64,000 nt of DNA from Acidimicrobiia bacterium (lineage in GTDB: Bacteria; Actinomycetota; Acidimicrobiia; Spongiisociales; ZC4RG35): assembly GCA_036525795.1 (NCBI GenBank), contig DATCZS010000123.1, positions 10,717 to 74,716 of the forward strand, in the 5' to 3' direction. The position numbers were made by a program, and so were the translations under genes. The notes beneath the pieces are model-generated. The model was not told where the DNA came from, searched no databases, and worked only from the letters and a program-made list of their open reading frames with translations. Every line of letters starts with the position of its first letter. Position 1 is the first letter of the stretch. Shown one piece after another: positions 19,433 to 29,407 of this stretch.

Positions 19433-20209
19433 GTGATGCCGAGCCGACCCGTCGATCTCTTCTCCGAGGCACGCCGCGAGCCGTCTGCGGTGCTCCCCAC
19501 CCCGCAGCGCGCGCTGGCGATCGGCGCCCACCCCGACGACGCCGAGTTCGGGGCGGGCGGAACGCTGGCGAAGTGGGCGGCCGCCGGGTGCGAGGTCTCG
19601 ATCCTCATCGCCACGGACGGTTCCAAGGGAAGCTGGGACCCGGGCCAGGATCCGGCGGAGTTGATCGCACAGCGCCGGGAGGAGACCGCCCGTGCCGCAG
19701 AGGTGCTCGGAGCGTCCGGGGAGATCGTGTTCCTCGATCACGTCGATGGTGAACTGGTCCATTCGATCCGGCTTCGCGAGCAGCTGTCGCTGTGGATACG
19801 GCGGCTCCGTCCCGAGGTGGTGCTCAGCTGGGATCCCTGGAAGCGCTACATGCTCCATCCGGACCATCGCGAGATCGGGTGGGGAGCAGTCGACGGAGTG
19901 GTGGCAGCGCGGGATCACCTGTTCTTCCCCCATCAGCTTGTCGACGGTGTCGAGAAGTGGCGGCCGGACGCGGTGCTGCTCTTCGCCGCCGACGAGCCCG
20001 ATCACTGGGAGGACATCACAGACAGCTTCGACACCAAGATCGACGCGCTCCTGTGCCACACCTCCCAGAGCCAGAGCACCATGCAGAACGCCGTCACCGA
20101 CGGGGAAGGCCTCGACCACTTCCGCGCCCGCATCCACGACTGGTGCACCGAGATGGGAGCCCCGGCCGGTCTGGAGCTGGCCGAAGCCTTCAAACTGGTG
20201 CGTCCCTAG
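19433..20209 (+). CDS. PIG-L/LmbE family deacetylase (MshB/Mca-like)
   Basis: HPDDAEFG motif and an LmbE-like fold of 258 aa. Confidence 0.75.
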   Translation: MMPSRPVDLFSEARREPSAVLPTPQRALAIGAHPDDAEFGAGGTLAKWAAAGCEVSILIATDGSKGSWDPGQDPAELIAQRREETARAAEVLGASGEIVFLDHVDGELVHSIRLREQLSLWIRRLRPEVVLSWDPWKRYMLHPDHREIGWGAVDGVVAARDHLFFPHQLVDGVEKWRPDAVLLFAADEPDHWEDITDSFDTKIDALLCHTSQSQSTMQNAVTDGEGLDHFRARIHDWCTEMGAPAGLELAEAFKLVRP

Positions 20210-20217
20210 ACAACCGG

Positions 20218-20718
20218 TCAGGCAGACGCGAGCAGACGGCGGTAAAGGTCGGTGGCGGCCTCGTCGAAGCCCACCAGCACCACCCGCTCCACCGAGGTGG
20301 GACTCAGCCCGGACAGCGCGTCGATCGCCACGGCTGCCGCCTCCGCCTTGGGGTACCCGTAGACACCCGTCGAGATCGCCGGAAAGGCGACGGTCTTCGC
20401 ACCGATGCGGTCCGCCTCCTCGATCGACCGGCGATAGCAGCTCGCCAGGAGCTCAGGTTCGCCGCTCGAGCCGCCCTGCCACACCGGGCCGACCGTGTGA
20501 ATCACCCACGTGGCCGGAAGACGGAACCCCGGGGTGGCCTTGGCGTCCCCCGTATCGCATCCGCCGAGCGGGCGGCACGCCTCGAGCAACTCCGGTCCTG
20601 CCGCCCGGTGGATGGCCCCGTCCACCCCGCCGCCCCCTCGCAGCGACGAATTGGCGGCGTTGACGATGGCATCCACCTCCAGAGTGGTGATGTCGGCGGT
20701 GATCGCCTCGAGCAGCAT
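20218..20718 (-). CDS. Macro domain protein (O-acetyl-ADP-ribose deacetylase-like)
   Basis: Macro domain motifs ([25 protein letters not shown]), 166 aa. Confidence 0.8.
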   Translation of the reverse strand: MLLEAITADITTLEVDAIVNAANSSLRGGGGVDGAIHRAAGPELLEACRPLGGCDTGDAKATPGFRLPATWVIHTVGPVWQGGSSGEPELLASCYRRSIEEADRIGAKTVAFPAISTGVYGYPKAEAAAVAIDALSGLSPTSVERVVLVGFDEAATDLYRRLLASA

Positions 20719-20764
20719 TCACCGGCTCCCGGAGAACGGAGGGAACTGCCCGGCGCCCCGGACG

Positions 20765-21262
20765 TCAGGCTGCCCCGACACGCAGCTCCTGAGCGATCTC
20801 CTCCGCCCACTCGCGGATCTCGTCCCACGGGCGGAAGTCGCCGTCGGGGGTCCTGACCGCCGCCACCACCGCCTTCTCTCCGAACGACAACCGCGAACGT
20901 TCGAGCTTGCCGGGGAACACGCGGTGCGCCCTGGCGCCGGTTCGATCCAGGATCCCGGCGATGTCGACCGGATCCTCCTCGGGTACCGGCGGGTCGCCGA
21001 TCGGACCGCTCGAAAACAGCCACACCTGGCGGGCTGCCAGCGCGTCGGCGCACCGGTCGACGAACTCGCGGGACGTCTCCAGCCAGCGCCCCATGTAGAC
21101 CGCACTTCCGATCACCACCGCGTCGTACTCCTCGATCGAACCGACCTGGCCTGGTTCGGCCAGATCGACGTCCGCTCCTTCGCCGGCCAGCACCTCACCG
21201 ATCATCCGGGCCATCTCGGTGGTGGCCCCGTGTTTCGATCCGGCGGTCACGAGGACCCGCAT
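20765..21262 (-). CDS. Flavodoxin-like fold protein
   Basis: MRVLVTAGSKHGATTE flavodoxin-type N-terminus. The tool ORF was trimmed to the internal Met. Confidence 0.55.
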   Translation of the reverse strand: MRVLVTAGSKHGATTEMARMIGEVLAGEGADVDLAEPGQVGSIEEYDAVVIGSAVYMGRWLETSREFVDRCADALAARQVWLFSSGPIGDPPVPEEDPVDIAGILDRTGARAHRVFPGKLERSRLSFGEKAVVAAVRTPDGDFRPWDEIREWAEEIAQELRVGAA

Positions 21263-21389
21263 ACGTCCGCTCCTTTCATCCCGACTGCCAACGTATCGGT
21301 CCGCGCCCGGGTCGAGCAGGGCCCATCGCCCCACCCACCGGCAGCCCGGCCGGCGGTAGCATCGATGGTATGCCGGGTCCTGTTCTCGG

Positions 21390-22322
21390 ATGAGTGGATG
21401 GCGCGCCGCCCTGGTGGCGCTCATCGTGGGCGCCGTCATCCTGGGAATCGGCTATCTCGTCCCCCGTCTGGGCGCCGACCCCGCTCCGCCAGACGAGGGC
21501 GACGCCGAAGACACCACGGGTGTGGTGCTGGTGTGCGTTCCGGTCCTCCAACAGGCATGCCAGGCCGTCGCAGACGAACTGGACCTCGACACCGCCCGCC
21601 TCGAGCCGGGCCGATCCCTCCCGGATCGGCACGTGCTGGTCGCCCCTGCGTCCGAACTGCCGGAGGGTTCCGAGCCCGGGCCCCCGCTGGTGAGGAGCCC
21701 GATCGTGATCGGGGCGTGGCTCGAGCGGTCGCAGATCCTCTCCGCGCGCTGCGGCACGATCGACCTCGACTGCCTGGCGGGCGCGGTCGGCGAACGCTGG
21801 GAGGACCTCGGCGGCAACGACACCTGGGGAGACTTCAAGCTGGGGCTGGCGAGCCCCGCAACGTCGGAGTCTGGCGTCCTGGCGCTGTCGCTGCTCACCC
21901 CCGTGGTGGAGCGATCGGATCTGGCCGCCAGCCTGCGTCTGGTCGCCCAAAACGACGCCCGTCTCACCGAGGACTTGGTCCTGTTCGGGGACTCCCGGGC
22001 AGACGTGGTGGTCACGACCGAGGTGTCGGTGTTCAACCAGATGGCGAATGCCATCGGCAGGGGCGGGCGGCTGGAGGTGTTCTACCCGGCGTCGTCCCCC
22101 TGGGTCGAATACGTGACGGTCGCGAAGGGATTCGGCGCAGGCAGGGTGGTCGATCGGCTCTCGGACCCCGCCATCCTGGGGCTGTTCGCCGGGTCCGGGG
22201 TACGGCCCGTCACCGGCACGTGGGACCTCCCGTCGGGACTCGGCACCGCCGGGGCGACGGCCGCACCGCCCGATTCCGGGACCCGTGCCACACTGCTGGA
22301 AGTATGGGAGCAACTCAGATGA
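21390..22322 (+). CDS. Membrane-anchored extracellular protein (substrate-binding-domain-like)
   Basis: N-terminal TM helix. Its stop overlaps the ATG of the vWA gene (ATGA). Confidence 0.45.
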   Translation: MSGWRAALVALIVGAVILGIGYLVPRLGADPAPPDEGDAEDTTGVVLVCVPVLQQACQAVADELDLDTARLEPGRSLPDRHVLVAPASELPEGSEPGPPLVRSPIVIGAWLERSQILSARCGTIDLDCLAGAVGERWEDLGGNDTWGDFKLGLASPATSESGVLALSLLTPVVERSDLAASLRLVAQNDARLTEDLVLFGDSRADVVVTTEVSVFNQMANAIGRGGRLEVFYPASSPWVEYVTVAKGFGAGRVVDRLSDPAILGLFAGSGVRPVTGTWDLPSGLGTAGATAAPPDSGTRATLLEVWEQLR

Positions 22323-24091
22323 AACGGATGGCACTCGTTCTGTCGGTCGCCATGCTGGCACCGGCCTGCACCTCATTCGACGATGCGGACACCGACGGGC
22401 CCATCACCGTTCCCTCCGACTGCCGGGAGATCCCGGCCCACGTGTCTTCCGAGAAGCTGACCCTCATCACCGATCTCGCCCAGGCCTTCAACGCCACCGG
22501 CCCCGAATTCGGCGGCGAGTGCGTTGCGGTGACCGTGTACCGGACGGCGTCAGGCCGCGGGGCGTCACTGCTGGCCGAAGGGTGGCCCACGGACGGCTCG
22601 GCCGGGCCGGAGCCGGTGCTGTGGAGCCCGGCCTCGGCGGCCTGGGGAGCGGTGGTCAACGAGCGACTGGGCCGGCGAGGACAGGCCCCGATCGCCAACG
22701 ACTTCCAGAGGATCATGCTGACTCCGCTGGTGCTGGCGATGCCCAGGCCGATGGCCGAGGCGCTTGGATGGCCGGAAGCCGAGATCGGCTGGTCGGATAT
22801 CCTCGAGCTGAGCCGGGCCGAGGACGGCTGGGGGGCGTACGGGCACCCCGAGTGGGGTCCGTTCAAACTCGGAAAGACCAACCCAAACTTCTCGACGTCT
22901 GGCCTTTCCGCCACCGTTGCGATCTACTACGCAGCCACGGGCAAGCGCACCCCGCTCACACTCGACGACGTCGGCAGCCAGAGCGTGGGCGAGTTCGTCC
23001 GCGGCGTCGAGGCGGCCACCGTGCACTACGGCGACACCACGCTGACGTTCCTCGAGAACATGCTGCGCGAGGACCTGGCCGGGAGACCACTCGTCTACGC
23101 CTCCGCCGTCGCCGTCGAGGAGGTCAGCGTGATCGCATACAACCGGGGCGACCCGGCCGATCGCGGGCTCGAGAACCCGACGCCCCCCAATGTCCCGCTG
23201 GTGGCGATCTACCCGAAGGAGGGGACGCTGTTCAGCGACAACCCGGCGTACATCCTCGACGCCGCCTGGGTGGATGAGACCGAGCGGCAGGCGGCGGAGG
23301 CCTTCCGCGAATTCGTGGTCGGCGACCCCGAGAACCAGCGCAAGGCACTCGACTTCGGGTTCCGTCCCGGGAACCCGTCTGTGGCGATCAGCGACCCGAT
23401 CTCGGCCGCGAACGGCCTCAACCCCTCACAGCCCGAGACCGAGCTGCAGGTGCCCGAGCCTGCGGTGCTGGCCGCCCTCATCGACTCGTGGGAGGTGTAC
23501 CGCAAGCCTGCCCGGGTGCTGATGGTGCTCGACGTGTCCGGCTCGATGGCGGAACTGGCCGGTGAGGGCTTCACCAAGCTCGATCTGGCCAAGCGGGCGG
23601 TGTTGTCGAGCCTCGACCAGTTCAAGCCAGAAGACGAGGTGGGGTTGTGGATCTTCTCCACCCGCCTGGCCGGCGACGACCAGGACTGGCTCGAACTGGT
23701 CCCACCGCAGCCTCTGTCCCAGGGAGCCTCCGCCATCCGCAGCAGCGTCCAGTCTCTGATCGCAGACGGGGGAACCGGCCTCTACGACACGACGACGGCG
23801 GCAGTCCGGGAGATCAGGGCGACGTTCGACACCTCCCGAATCAACGCCGTGGTGTTGTTGAGCGACGGCATGTGCGACGACTACGACGACGGGTGCGCCA
23901 TCGAGCCGCTGCTGCGTCTGCTGTCTTCCAACGAGCGGGACCCGGTACGGGTGTTCCCGGTCGCGTACGGAAGCGGAGCGGACATCGAGGCGCTGACTGC
24001 GATCGCCAACGCCTCCCAGGCCCGGGTCTACGACGCCTCCGACCCCCTCACGATCGAGCGGGTGTTCGAGGCGGTGATCTCCAACTTCTGA
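22319..24091 (+). CDS. Lipoprotein with a C-terminal von Willebrand factor type A (vWA) domain
   Basis: Lipobox MKRMALVLSVAMLAPAC. vWA motifs (VLMVLDVSGSM, GGTGLYD, VVLLSDG), 590 aa. Confidence 0.7.
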   Translation: MKRMALVLSVAMLAPACTSFDDADTDGPITVPSDCREIPAHVSSEKLTLITDLAQAFNATGPEFGGECVAVTVYRTASGRGASLLAEGWPTDGSAGPEPVLWSPASAAWGAVVNERLGRRGQAPIANDFQRIMLTPLVLAMPRPMAEALGWPEAEIGWSDILELSRAEDGWGAYGHPEWGPFKLGKTNPNFSTSGLSATVAIYYAATGKRTPLTLDDVGSQSVGEFVRGVEAATVHYGDTTLTFLENMLREDLAGRPLVYASAVAVEEVSVIAYNRGDPADRGLENPTPPNVPLVAIYPKEGTLFSDNPAYILDAAWVDETERQAAEAFREFVVGDPENQRKALDFGFRPGNPSVAISDPISAANGLNPSQPETELQVPEPAVLAALIDSWEVYRKPARVLMVLDVSGSMAELAGEGFTKLDLAKRAVLSSLDQFKPEDEVGLWIFSTRLAGDDQDWLELVPPQPLSQGASAIRSSVQSLIADGGTGLYDTTTAAVREIRATFDTSRINAVVLLSDGMCDDYDDGCAIEPLLRLLSSNERDPVRVFPVAYGSGADIEALTAIANASQARVYDASDPLTIERVFEAVISNF

Positions 24092-24861
24092 TGACGCTCC
24101 GGCACGATCCACGCGTTCGGCGAGGGAGGATCCTGGCAAAGGCAACGCTGTCGCCCGCCGGGGTGGTCACCGGAGGCGCCCTGGCCGGCATCGGGCTGGC
24201 AGCCGGGATCGCGCTGCCGTGGGTGATCGCCGCCGCCGTCGGAGCGTGGCTCACCTCGGCGGTGCTCCATCTCCGCGACCCCAAGCTGATCGGGGCACTG
24301 GTCGCCCCCGACTTCGGCAAAGACATGACCCGGCTGACCGGCGAGTACCGCCGGTCGATGGTGGCCGGCCTCGACGCCAGGGCCCGGTTCGAGGCGGCGA
24401 CCGCACAGCTCGACCAGGACGATGACGATTCGCTCGGGTCGGACGACTTCGGGGGGATGAGGGTTCGCATCATCAACGCCCTCGACCGGCTCTACGACTC
24501 GCTGGTGTGGGCGCAGCGGGCGGGCGAGTTCCTCGCCTCGGTGGATCCCGACGGTCTGCAGCGTCGGCTCCTCGACCTCCCGAAGACCTCTCCGATCGCC
24601 CGGGAGCTCGAGGCGCAACTCGAGGAGGCGAGGGACGTCGACCGGAAGCGCCGGGAGATCATGGCGCGCAGCTCGACCACCATCACCGGAATCGAGACGC
24701 TGGCCATCAAGGTCGGGTCGCTCGCCCTCGACGTGTCCGCCCCCGGGAGGCACGACCATCTCGACGACATCGGGGCGATCCGCCGCGAGCTCGACGGCTA
24801 CCTGCAGGGGTTGGAGGAGATTCAGTCGGCGCTCGAGATCCTTCCCCCGTCGACCGGTTGA
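24091..24861 (+). CDS. Hypothetical membrane protein (vWA-associated)
   Basis: ATG overlaps the vWA stop. One TM region is followed by a charged helical region. 256 aa. Confidence 0.4.
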   Translation: MTLRHDPRVRRGRILAKATLSPAGVVTGGALAGIGLAAGIALPWVIAAAVGAWLTSAVLHLRDPKLIGALVAPDFGKDMTRLTGEYRRSMVAGLDARARFEAATAQLDQDDDDSLGSDDFGGMRVRIINALDRLYDSLVWAQRAGEFLASVDPDGLQRRLLDLPKTSPIARELEAQLEEARDVDRKRREIMARSSTTITGIETLAIKVGSLALDVSAPGRHDHLDDIGAIRRELDGYLQGLEEIQSALEILPPSTG

Positions 24862-24919
24862 ACCCGACCGGTCCGGCATGCGGCGCCACCGGCCGCTTCC
24901 CGCCTGACAGAATCAGCCC

Positions 24920-26119
24920 ATGGACGGCGCGACCGTACGGGATCGGATGCTGGCGGCGTTTCGAGCGGCCACAGAGGCCGCCGACCCGTTCCGCGCCACC
25001 GTGGCTGCGCTGGCCTGCGAGCGGCTGCCTGACCGCGTCGCCGTGGTGGCACTGGGGAAGGCGTCGCCGGCGATGGCCCGCGGCGCCGCCCATGCACTGG
25101 GAGGAAGGCTGGCAGGCGGCCTGGTCGTGTGCGATCGCGAAGAGCCGGTGCCCGAACCTCTGCGTCTCGCCGTCGGCTCGCATCCGACGCCTGACGCCTC
25201 ATCGCTGCGCGCCGGGCGGCTGGTGATGGAGGAGGCGGCGCGAACCGACGTGGAACTGGTGCTCGTCCTCGTCTCGGGAGGGGGATCGTCCATGGCCGAG
25301 GTGCCGCGGGCCCCCGCCTCGATCGGAGACATCGCCGAGGTCGCCGATCGGCTCATGTCCAGGGGGGCGCCGATCGAAGACCTGAACACGGTCCGGCGTC
25401 ACCTGTCGAAGACGAAGAACGGCGGGTTGCTGCGCGTCGCCCGTGTCCCGGTGCTGACCCTGCTCATCAGCGACGTGGCCGGGGCAGCCGCCACGGCCAT
25501 CGCCTCCGGCCCGACGCTCCAGGACGGTTCGTCGCCGGCCACAGCCGCGGCGGTCCTCGCCCGGTACGGCATCGATCCCTCTCCCCGGATCCGGGAGGCG
25601 CTCACGTCGGAAGCCGACACCCGCCAGACCGGGGTTGCCCACCGGTGGAAGACGATCGCAGACGGGGAGACCGCCGCCCGGGCGGCCGCCTCGGTCCTCG
25701 ACGATGCCCCGATCCTCACCACCGACCTGCACGGCGAGGCGGCCGAGGCGGCGCTCGGATGGATTCGTCGCGCTCCGCCCGGCTTTGCGGTCCTCACCGG
25801 CGAGACGACGGTCACCGTGTCCGGCGACGGCCTCGGTGGCCGCAACCAGCACGCCGCCCTCGCGGTCTCGGACGCCATCGAAGGCACGGGAGTGAGCTTC
25901 GCGGCCCTCGGCACCGACGGCCGGGACGGCCCCACCGATGCCGCCGGGGCGATCGTGGACGGGCGCACCGCGGCTGCGATCCGGGCGGCGGGAGTCGATC
26001 CCCTGAGGTCGCTCTCCCGGCACGACTCGCATCGCGCCCTGGACGCCGGACGGGCCCTCGTGCGGACCGGACCGACAGGTACGAACGTCGGCGACCTCTG
26101 GATGGTCCATCGTCCGTGA
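24920..26119 (+). CDS. Glycerate 2-kinase (MOFRL family; GckA/TtuD-like)
   Basis: MOFRL family signatures GKASPAMA, SGGGS and GGRNQ, 399 aa. Confidence 0.75.
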   Translation: MDGATVRDRMLAAFRAATEAADPFRATVAALACERLPDRVAVVALGKASPAMARGAAHALGGRLAGGLVVCDREEPVPEPLRLAVGSHPTPDASSLRAGRLVMEEAARTDVELVLVLVSGGGSSMAEVPRAPASIGDIAEVADRLMSRGAPIEDLNTVRRHLSKTKNGGLLRVARVPVLTLLISDVAGAAATAIASGPTLQDGSSPATAAAVLARYGIDPSPRIREALTSEADTRQTGVAHRWKTIADGETAARAAASVLDDAPILTTDLHGEAAEAALGWIRRAPPGFAVLTGETTVTVSGDGLGGRNQHAALAVSDAIEGTGVSFAALGTDGRDGPTDAAGAIVDGRTAAAIRAAGVDPLRSLSRHDSHRALDAGRALVRTGPTGTNVGDLWMVHRP

Positions 26120-26137
26120 CCCGGCAGACCGCCGAAG

Positions 26138-26695
26138 TCAGTCGACGACGAGCCGGCCCTGATGCAGGACGACCGGCCGGATCCCGGTCACGTCGAGCAC
26201 CGTCGAGACCTCCCCCTCGGGGCAGGTGCCGGGGAGATACAGCGCGACGGAATCACCGAAGATCGCCCTGGCCTGTTCGTCCGAGGTCGCCGGAGACTCC
26301 CCCGAACGGCCGGCGGAGGCGACCGCCAGCGGACCCGTCTCGGAAACCAGGTCGAGGACGACGTCGCTGTCCGGCATCCGTACTCCCACCGTTCGGCCTC
26401 GATCTCCTATCCACTCGGGGAGCGGCCGGGCCGCCCGGGCGATCAGCGTGAGCGCGCCGGGCCAATGCGCCGCGGCCAGCGCCCAGGCGCCCACCCCGAG
26501 GGCGACGATTTCGGCCGCCTGGTCCACAGAGGCCACCAACAGACCGATCGCCCCCCGTTGCGGTTCACCCTTCAACGAGTGGAGCCGGGCCACCGCCTCC
26601 GGATTCTGCGGGTCTGCCGCCAACCCGTACACGGTGTCGGTCGGAAGCCCGATGACGTCTCCCCTCCTCAGCGCGTCGAGGGCGGCACCGTTCAC
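26138..26695 (-). CDS. tsaC: L-threonylcarbamoyladenylate synthase (TsaC/YrdC family)
   Basis: YrdC domain (GLPTDTVYGLAADP), 185 aa. Adjacent to prmC as in many genomes. Confidence 0.8.
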   Translation of the reverse strand: MNGAALDALRRGDVIGLPTDTVYGLAADPQNPEAVARLHSLKGEPQRGAIGLLVASVDQAAEIVALGVGAWALAAAHWPGALTLIARAARPLPEWIGDRGRTVGVRMPDSDVVLDLVSETGPLAVASAGRSGESPATSDEQARAIFGDSVALYLPGTCPEGEVSTVLDVTGIRPVVLHQGRLVVD

Positions 26696-27498
26696 CGGCG
26701 TCTCCCCACCACGAATCGGTCACGGCCCGTCAGATCGGTCATGATCTCCACCTCTGCCAGGGCGGTCGAGAAGAGCTCCCGGCACGCCCGGCCCTGGGTC
26801 TCCCCGATCTCGCACGCCACCCCGCCTCCCGGCGCCATCCACCGTTCGGCTCCTGCGACGATTCGCTCGAGCACCTCGAGACCGGTCGGTCCGGCCACAA
26901 GCGCCTCCCGCGGCTCCTGTCTGACGTCCGGAGGAAGCTCCTCCCATTCGTGCGCCGCGACGTAGGGAGGGTTGGAAACCACCAGGTCCACCCGCCCCTC
27001 CAGGTCCCGGTCGAGGGCCTCCCACAGGTCGCCGTGGCACCACTCGACCTCGATGCCCAGGCGGGCGCCATTGAGCCGGGCGACGTCGAGGGCGTCCGCG
27101 GAGAGGTCCACTCCGATCACACGGGCATCCGGATGATCGGCTTTCAACGCCAGCGCCATCGCCCCGGAACCCGTGCCGAGGTCGACGATGGTCGAGGGGC
27201 TCATCACCAGCCCGGTCGCGAGCTCCCACAGCTGCTCGGTCTCCGGTCGCGGAATCAGCACACGGTCGTCGACGACCAGCTCGAGCGGCCCGAACGCGGC
27301 AGAACCCTCGAGGTACTGGAGCGGACGGCCCCCCAGCCGTCTTGCTTCGAGGGAGCGGAAGGTCGCCTCCGGATCGGCCGACGCACACGCCACCGTCCAC
27401 AGCCGCGCCGCCTCGTGAACGGGGAGTCGGCTTTCCGGCACGGAGGCACGCATGTCCCCAGTCTCCCAGATCGCGCGTTCGGCTCGAGGCGGTGCCAC
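26692..27498 (-). CDS. prmC: Release factor glutamine N5-methyltransferase
   Basis: SAM-binding DLGTGSGA and the NPPY motif (VSNPPYV). Confidence 0.85.
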   Translation of the reverse strand: MAPPRAERAIWETGDMRASVPESRLPVHEAARLWTVACASADPEATFRSLEARRLGGRPLQYLEGSAAFGPLELVVDDRVLIPRPETEQLWELATGLVMSPSTIVDLGTGSGAMALALKADHPDARVIGVDLSADALDVARLNGARLGIEVEWCHGDLWEALDRDLEGRVDLVVSNPPYVAAHEWEELPPDVRQEPREALVAGPTGLEVLERIVAGAERWMAPGGGVACEIGETQGRACRELFSTALAEVEIMTDLTGRDRFVVGRRR

Positions 27499-27513
27499 CG
27501 AACCGGGTCGCCC

Positions 27514-28446
27514 TCACTCCAGGCCGGAGATCCGCTCGACGAGAAGCCGGGCGAACCGCTCCGAATCCACCGTCATCCCGACAGCCACGTTGGGCGGGCG
27601 TCCGGTGACGCGGAAGCGATCGACGAGCGTGCGGCCGGCGGAGGGCCCGTCGGTGGTGTCGATCTCGACCGCCAACGGCTCGGTCGAGACCAGGTCCGGC
27701 CAGATGACGTGGGCCACGGCCAGGGCGTCGTGGATCGGGGCGCCGTCGAATCCCATCCGCCTGCGGTAGTTCGGGAGGAAGTAGTCGAGGAGTTCGGCCA
27801 CGAAGCGCCCGCACCGACCGGTCTGGCGCAGGGCGTCTGCGTGCGCCGACCCCAGCCGGGCGTGATGGGTCACGTCGAGCCCGATCATGGTGACCGCGAT
27901 CGGGGAGCCGAACACCACCGCCGCCGCCTCGGGGTCCACGAAGATGTTGAACTCGGCCGCCGGGGTGATGTTGCCGAGTCCGATGGCTCCCCCCATCAGG
28001 ACGATCCGCTCGATGCGGTCCATCACCTCCGGGTGCCCGGTCAGCAGCCGGGCGATGTTGGTGAGAGGACCGACAGGGATCAACGTCACGGGGGTCTCGG
28101 CCGCCTCCAACAGCTCGGCGAGGAAGGGAACGGCGCCGTGCGCGTGCGTTGGTGTGGATGGGTCCGAGATGTGGGGGCCGTCGAGCCCGGTGGTCCCGTG
28201 CACGTGTTCGGCGGTGACCAGCGGCCGCCGCAGGGGCTGCTCGGAGCCGGCCGCGACCGGTACGTCCGACCGCCCGGCGAGTTCGAGGGTCGCCAGGGCG
28301 TTGCGCGTGGTCTTGTCGAGCGTCGTGTTGCCCGCCACCGTGGTCACCCCGAGCAGCTCGACCTCGGGGCTGGCCACCGCCAGCAGGAGGGCGATGGCGT
28401 CGTCGTGCCCCGGGTCGCAATCGATGATGATCGGCATCCGACTCAC
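27514..28446 (-). CDS. Nucleoside hydrolase (IunH/RihA-like)
   Basis: DCDPGHDDA N-terminal motif; 310 aa. Confidence 0.85.
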   Translation of the reverse strand: MSRMPIIIDCDPGHDDAIALLLAVASPEVELLGVTTVAGNTTLDKTTRNALATLELAGRSDVPVAAGSEQPLRRPLVTAEHVHGTTGLDGPHISDPSTPTHAHGAVPFLAELLEAAETPVTLIPVGPLTNIARLLTGHPEVMDRIERIVLMGGAIGLGNITPAAEFNIFVDPEAAAVVFGSPIAVTMIGLDVTHHARLGSAHADALRQTGRCGRFVAELLDYFLPNYRRRMGFDGAPIHDALAVAHVIWPDLVSTEPLAVEIDTTDGPSAGRTLVDRFRVTGRPPNVAVGMTVDSERFARLLVERISGLE

Positions 28447-29285
28447 AGCAGGTCCTCCACGGCGGCGAGCGTAGGCAGCGACGGCTGCGCCCCGTGGACC
28501 GTGGCGGCCAGGGCGCCGGCCACAACCGACCGCCTCAGCGACTCGGCTTCGTCGAATCCCGCCGCCAGCGAGGCGACCATGGCGCCGACGAAGGTGTCAC
28601 CGGCGCCCGTCGTGTCGACGACTTCCACCCTGGGGGGTCGGGCAGATGCGATCTGCCGACCGCCCCGGTACAGCTCGGCACCGTCCGCACCCCGGGTCAG
28701 CGCCACCATCCCGCCGGCACGATGGATGCGCGGACCGAGCTGGGAGGCCTCCACCTCGTTGACCACGAGCAGGTCGACGCGCTCGAGCACCGCGTCGGGG
28801 ATCGGCCGAACCGGAGCAGCATTCAGACAGAACATCCCCGTGCACGCAGTCGCTGCCGCCTCGACGACCTCGACGGGGATCTCCAACTGGCAGACGACGT
28901 AGCCGGCGCCGGCCACCTCGACGTGCGCCGGCAGCAGGGCCCGGTTGGCGCCGGGGGCCACGACGATCTGGTTCTCGCCGTCGTCCGCCACCACGATGAG
29001 GGCGACACCGGTGCCAGCCGATTCGTCCACCCCCACCCCGGCGAGGTCGACCGTGCTCTGACGCAGCAGTCGGAGTGCCAGGTCGGCGTTCGGGTCGGCA
29101 CCGACCCGACCCACCAGCGAGACATCGGCTCCCATCCTGGCCGCAGCCAGCGCCTGGTTGGCACCCTTTCCCCCCGGATGCTCGGAGAGCACCGCATCTG
29201 TGACGGTCTCGCCCGGACCGGGGAGCCGAGAGGCGCGGGCGACGATGTCGAGATTGATGCTGCCGACCACCGTCACCCGGTCCAT
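28443..29285 (-). CDS. rbsK: Ribokinase
   Basis: PfkB family motifs (GGKGANQA and the C-terminal DTTGAGDTF). Translationally coupled to the nucleoside hydrolase. Confidence 0.8.
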   Translation of the reverse strand: MDRVTVVGSINLDIVARASRLPGPGETVTDAVLSEHPGGKGANQALAAARMGADVSLVGRVGADPNADLALRLLRQSTVDLAGVGVDESAGTGVALIVVADDGENQIVVAPGANRALLPAHVEVAGAGYVVCQLEIPVEVVEAAATACTGMFCLNAAPVRPIPDAVLERVDLLVVNEVEASQLGPRIHRAGGMVALTRGADGAELYRGGRQIASARPPRVEVVDTTGAGDTFVGAMVASLAAGFDEAESLRRSVVAGALAATVHGAQPSLPTLAAVEDLL

Positions 29286-29407
29286 GGGAGAGACGGTAGA
29301 GGATCACCGGTGACGTCACACAGCCGGGGCGGACGCCGCGCCGGGCCTTCGACCCTCTCGCTGGGGGACGAAGCTGCCAGAGTGGTGATGTCGAACCCAA
29401 CACACCG

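Noticed and set aside
17107-19752. Very long antisense or alternative-frame ORFs (for example 17107-19752, 20510-24091, 33117-36539, 45526-48408, 60644-63544) full of Arg, Pro and Gly
   Set aside because: They are typical stop-codon-poor shadow frames in 70% GC DNA. Each overlaps a well-supported gene on the other strand or in another frame and has no domain signatures of its own.
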